A stretch of DNA of 9,771 nt from Octopus sinensis (taxonomy: Eukaryota), in NCBI RefSeq assembly GCF_006345805.1, contig NW_021827810.1, forward strand, positions 1 to 9,771, given 5' to 3'. Below, piece after piece: positions 7,946-9,771 of this stretch. The position numbers and the translations under genes were made by a program. The notes below the pieces were generated by a model. It ran no database searches, was not told where the DNA came from, and saw only the letters and a list, made by a program, of their open reading frames with translations. How positions within the stretch are numbered: the first letter of the stretch is position 1; each line of letters opens with the position of its first letter.

Positions 7946-8010
7946 TTAATCCTAGGACAGCTGTGAACAAGCAGATCAAAGATGCTCCAATCGTAACGAC
8001 TCCATCTTTT
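7946..8010. mobile_element. Possible short interspersed-repeat fragment next to (GTT)n
   Basis: ttaatcctaggacagctgtgaacaagcagatcaaagatgctccaatcgtaacgactccatctttt resembles a (GTT)n-associated repeat I recall from octopus DNA. There is no second copy in the window to confirm it. Confidence 0.3.
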
Positions 8011-8080
8011 CCATTTACTAAGCATTTATTATCAAATATTATCAAATAAAATGCGCTTGTCTTTTTCATGCAACAGTAGG

Positions 8081-8271
8081 ATGTGATTTGAGGAGCAGTT
8101 GGCTGCTTTTACCACCAGATCGATCGACCGTGTTCATGCTCCCTCGTTGTTCCTAAATGACTATTATGAAAGGTCAATGTACTATTGTAAGAAACTATTA
8201 TTAAAAACCAATGCAAAACCCTCAACGAGTCGCTCGATCTGAAAGTAATAGCAGCCACATAATCAAATCAT
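8081..8271. repeat. Imperfect inverted repeat pair (arms 8081-8128 and 8229-8271, 100-bp spacer); MITE-like or two opposed repeat fragments
   Basis: Reverse complement of the left arm, gtcgatcgatctggtggtaaaagcagccaactgctcctcaaatcacat, vs the right arm, gtcgctcgatctgaaagtaatagcagccacataatcaaatcat. Confidence 0.65.
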
Positions 8272-8577
8272 GCATTTTCTGTCATTAAAAACAGATATTG
8301 GATAATATATTTCAAGACACGCAAGATTTGAATAAGAGAGGAGATAAACGCAGGATTAGACGTTTTTGATAGTAACTCAGTACAATCTGCTCTAACTTCT
8401 AATTAAATAATAATTATGATTACTAGATCTATTAATATGGTAAAGATAGAGAAATATCAGAATCGCTGGAGCACCAGAAAAAATGCCTCGCGGTATTTGT
8501 TCCGTTTTTATTTTTTTATATTCTAATTCTAAATCATGCTTTTCGTCCTTCCAAGATCGATAAAATAATGTACTATT

Positions 8578-8646
8578 CAAGAGCAGGGAATCGGCTGAAT
8601 TGTTAAATTCTTGGCGGAATTTCATCCAGCTCTTTACGTTCTGAAT
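8578..8646 (+). mobile_element. Diverged family-A SINE head remnant
   Basis: tcttggcggaatttcatccagctctttacgttctgaa aligns with gcttagcggtatttcgtctgccgctacgttctgag (3691-3725). Upstream gcagggaatcggctgaattgtta resembles the 3650 head. Confidence 0.5.
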
Positions 8647-9142
8647 GCCCAAGCAGATGTGGAGAACTTCCCTGAAACTAACTGAGAGGATGGTGTCCTC
8701 TGTATTATATATAGGCAAAGTAAGGCAACAGGAAACCAGCTTTATAATTCTTCAGTGAAAATTTTATCAAAGGAGTTGGAAGTCACCAAGTATTTTTTGC
8801 CGAACTAATTTTTCTTTAGTCTTTTAGAGTGGAAGAAATATAGTGCTCGTGACCCTTTACAGGGTCTGGCAGTGAGGGAATATCCAGAGCTGTCTTGTAG
8901 CATTATGAAGCTCTGTGCAAACAAACACACTGGGCCCTATAATACTTATCCATTGATAGCAAGCTACAGCATACATTCATCAAAATCGAGCCCTGTATTC
9001 ACGAGGACCCCGGGAAAATACCAAGTGTGCCCATGCATTAAGACGCGAGAAGAGAATGCCCAAACTGAAGACCTGGCCCAAAAGCTTGCAACAGATTAGA
9101 ATAAGTGAATTCGTACCTATGTCAGAAATCATTTGTGAAGTT

Positions 9143-9410
9143 ACGTGGACTAGTGGTTGGAGTATTCACGGTCGTAAAGTCATGAGTTCGATTCCCGGCG
9201 GAGCGTTATGCCCTTCAGCAAGACGCTTTACTTCACGTTGCTCCAGTCAATTCAGCTGGCAAAAATGAGTATTACCGATAGTCCAAAAGGACTAACCTTG
9301 TGACACTCTGTGTCACGCTGAATCTCCTTGAGAACTACGTTAAGGGTATGCGTGTTTGTGGAGTGCTCAGCCACTTGCACATTAATTTCACGTAACCGAC
9401 GGAGAGCCAA
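9143..9410 (+). mobile_element. tRNA-derived SINE, family B
   Basis: A box TGGACTAGTGG (9146-9156) and B box GTTCGATTC (9186-9194) at tRNA-like spacing, then a ~210-bp non-tRNA body. Second copy at 7478-7608. Matches my recollection of a major octopus SINE. Confidence 0.85.
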
Positions 9411-9467
9411 TAGAAATCATTTGACGAATAAAATGTTTTCTAGTAATTGGTTATATGCATTTTTCTG

Positions 9468-9570
9468 TTTTCAAATCCTGCTGAAGCGAACCGTGGATCC
9501 TCCCCCCCTTTTCAGTCTTTTCAGAGGGTCAATAAAGTAGGTATTTATAGATCAAGTACTGAGTTCGACA
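9468..9570 (+). mobile_element. Diverged family-A SINE internal fragment
   Basis: ttcaaatcctgc...ttttcagagggtcaataaagtaggta...aagtactgagttcgacattaatcgatt parallels ttcaaattccgc...tttcggggtcgattaaatgagta...cactggggtcgatataatcgact (3726-3815). Confidence 0.55.
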
Positions 9571-9585
9571 TTAATCGATTATAAA

Positions 9586-9705
9586 GGCAGTAGATTTGTA
9601 GAACCGGTAGAGCAAAGAACAAACAGCCTTGCGTTATTCAGTTACGTCTTTTTCCGTCCTTAAGTTGGTTTTGCCTTTCACCATTTTGTGGGTCAATAAA
9701 ATATA
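9586..9705 (+). mobile_element. Diverged family-A SINE copy with an internal deletion
   Basis: Head ggcagtagatttgtagaaccggtag resembles ggcggcgagctagcagaaacgctgg. ttgcctttcaccattttgtgggtcaataaaata matches ttgcctttca...gagtccataaaata (3932-3960). Confidence 0.5.
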
Positions 9706-9771
9706 TCCCGTAATCTACCAGGGTCTTTGACGGTCTTACTCAGATGGTTCCCGTCATATAATTCATACCCC

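Noticed and set aside
8392-8718. 108-aa minus-strand ORF with a protein-like look and an RGIFSG stretch reminiscent of the RT motif RGIFQG
   Set aside because: Its middle (8578-8646) is the antisense of a decayed SINE head, and no downstream SPLLF or YxDD motif follows.
9143-9215. Possible tRNA gene (A and B boxes present)
   Set aside because: No convincing acceptor stem or cloverleaf, and it continues into a repeat body with a second copy at 7478. It is a SINE head.
9056-9540. ORFs 9056-9268 and 9328-9540
   Set aside because: Largely read through SINE sequence, with no recognisable domain.
1-9771. CRISPR array, prokaryotic operon or defence system
   Set aside because: No regularly spaced repeats with unique spacers and no dense coding. 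The sequence is eukaryotic repeat-rich DNA.

Overview
Eukaryotic, AT-rich, non-genic (intergenic or intronic) DNA made almost entirely of microsatellites and decayed retroelements. The SINE and other repeat families resemble those I recall from octopus (coleoid cephalopod) genomes; this is recognition, not a database result. No intact protein-coding gene, RNA gene or CRISPR array is supported. Most long ORFs in the track are read-throughs of simple repeats. Supported content: (i) a 5'-truncated L1/Tx1-type LINE on + (2341-3356) with a CCHC zinc knuckle, spread over several frames; (ii) two 3' fragments of restriction-like-endonuclease (RLE) non-LTR retrotransposons on - (3372-3606 and 4634-5240); (iii) two tRNA-type SINE families in about seven full or partial copies; (iv) two related minus-strand elements carrying hammerhead-ribozyme-like cores, probably Penelope-like terminal repeats; (v) an inverted-repeat pair at 8081-8271. 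Most worth follow-up are the hammerhead-core elements and an (ATT)n tract that appears to have received insertions from three unrelated retroelement classes.
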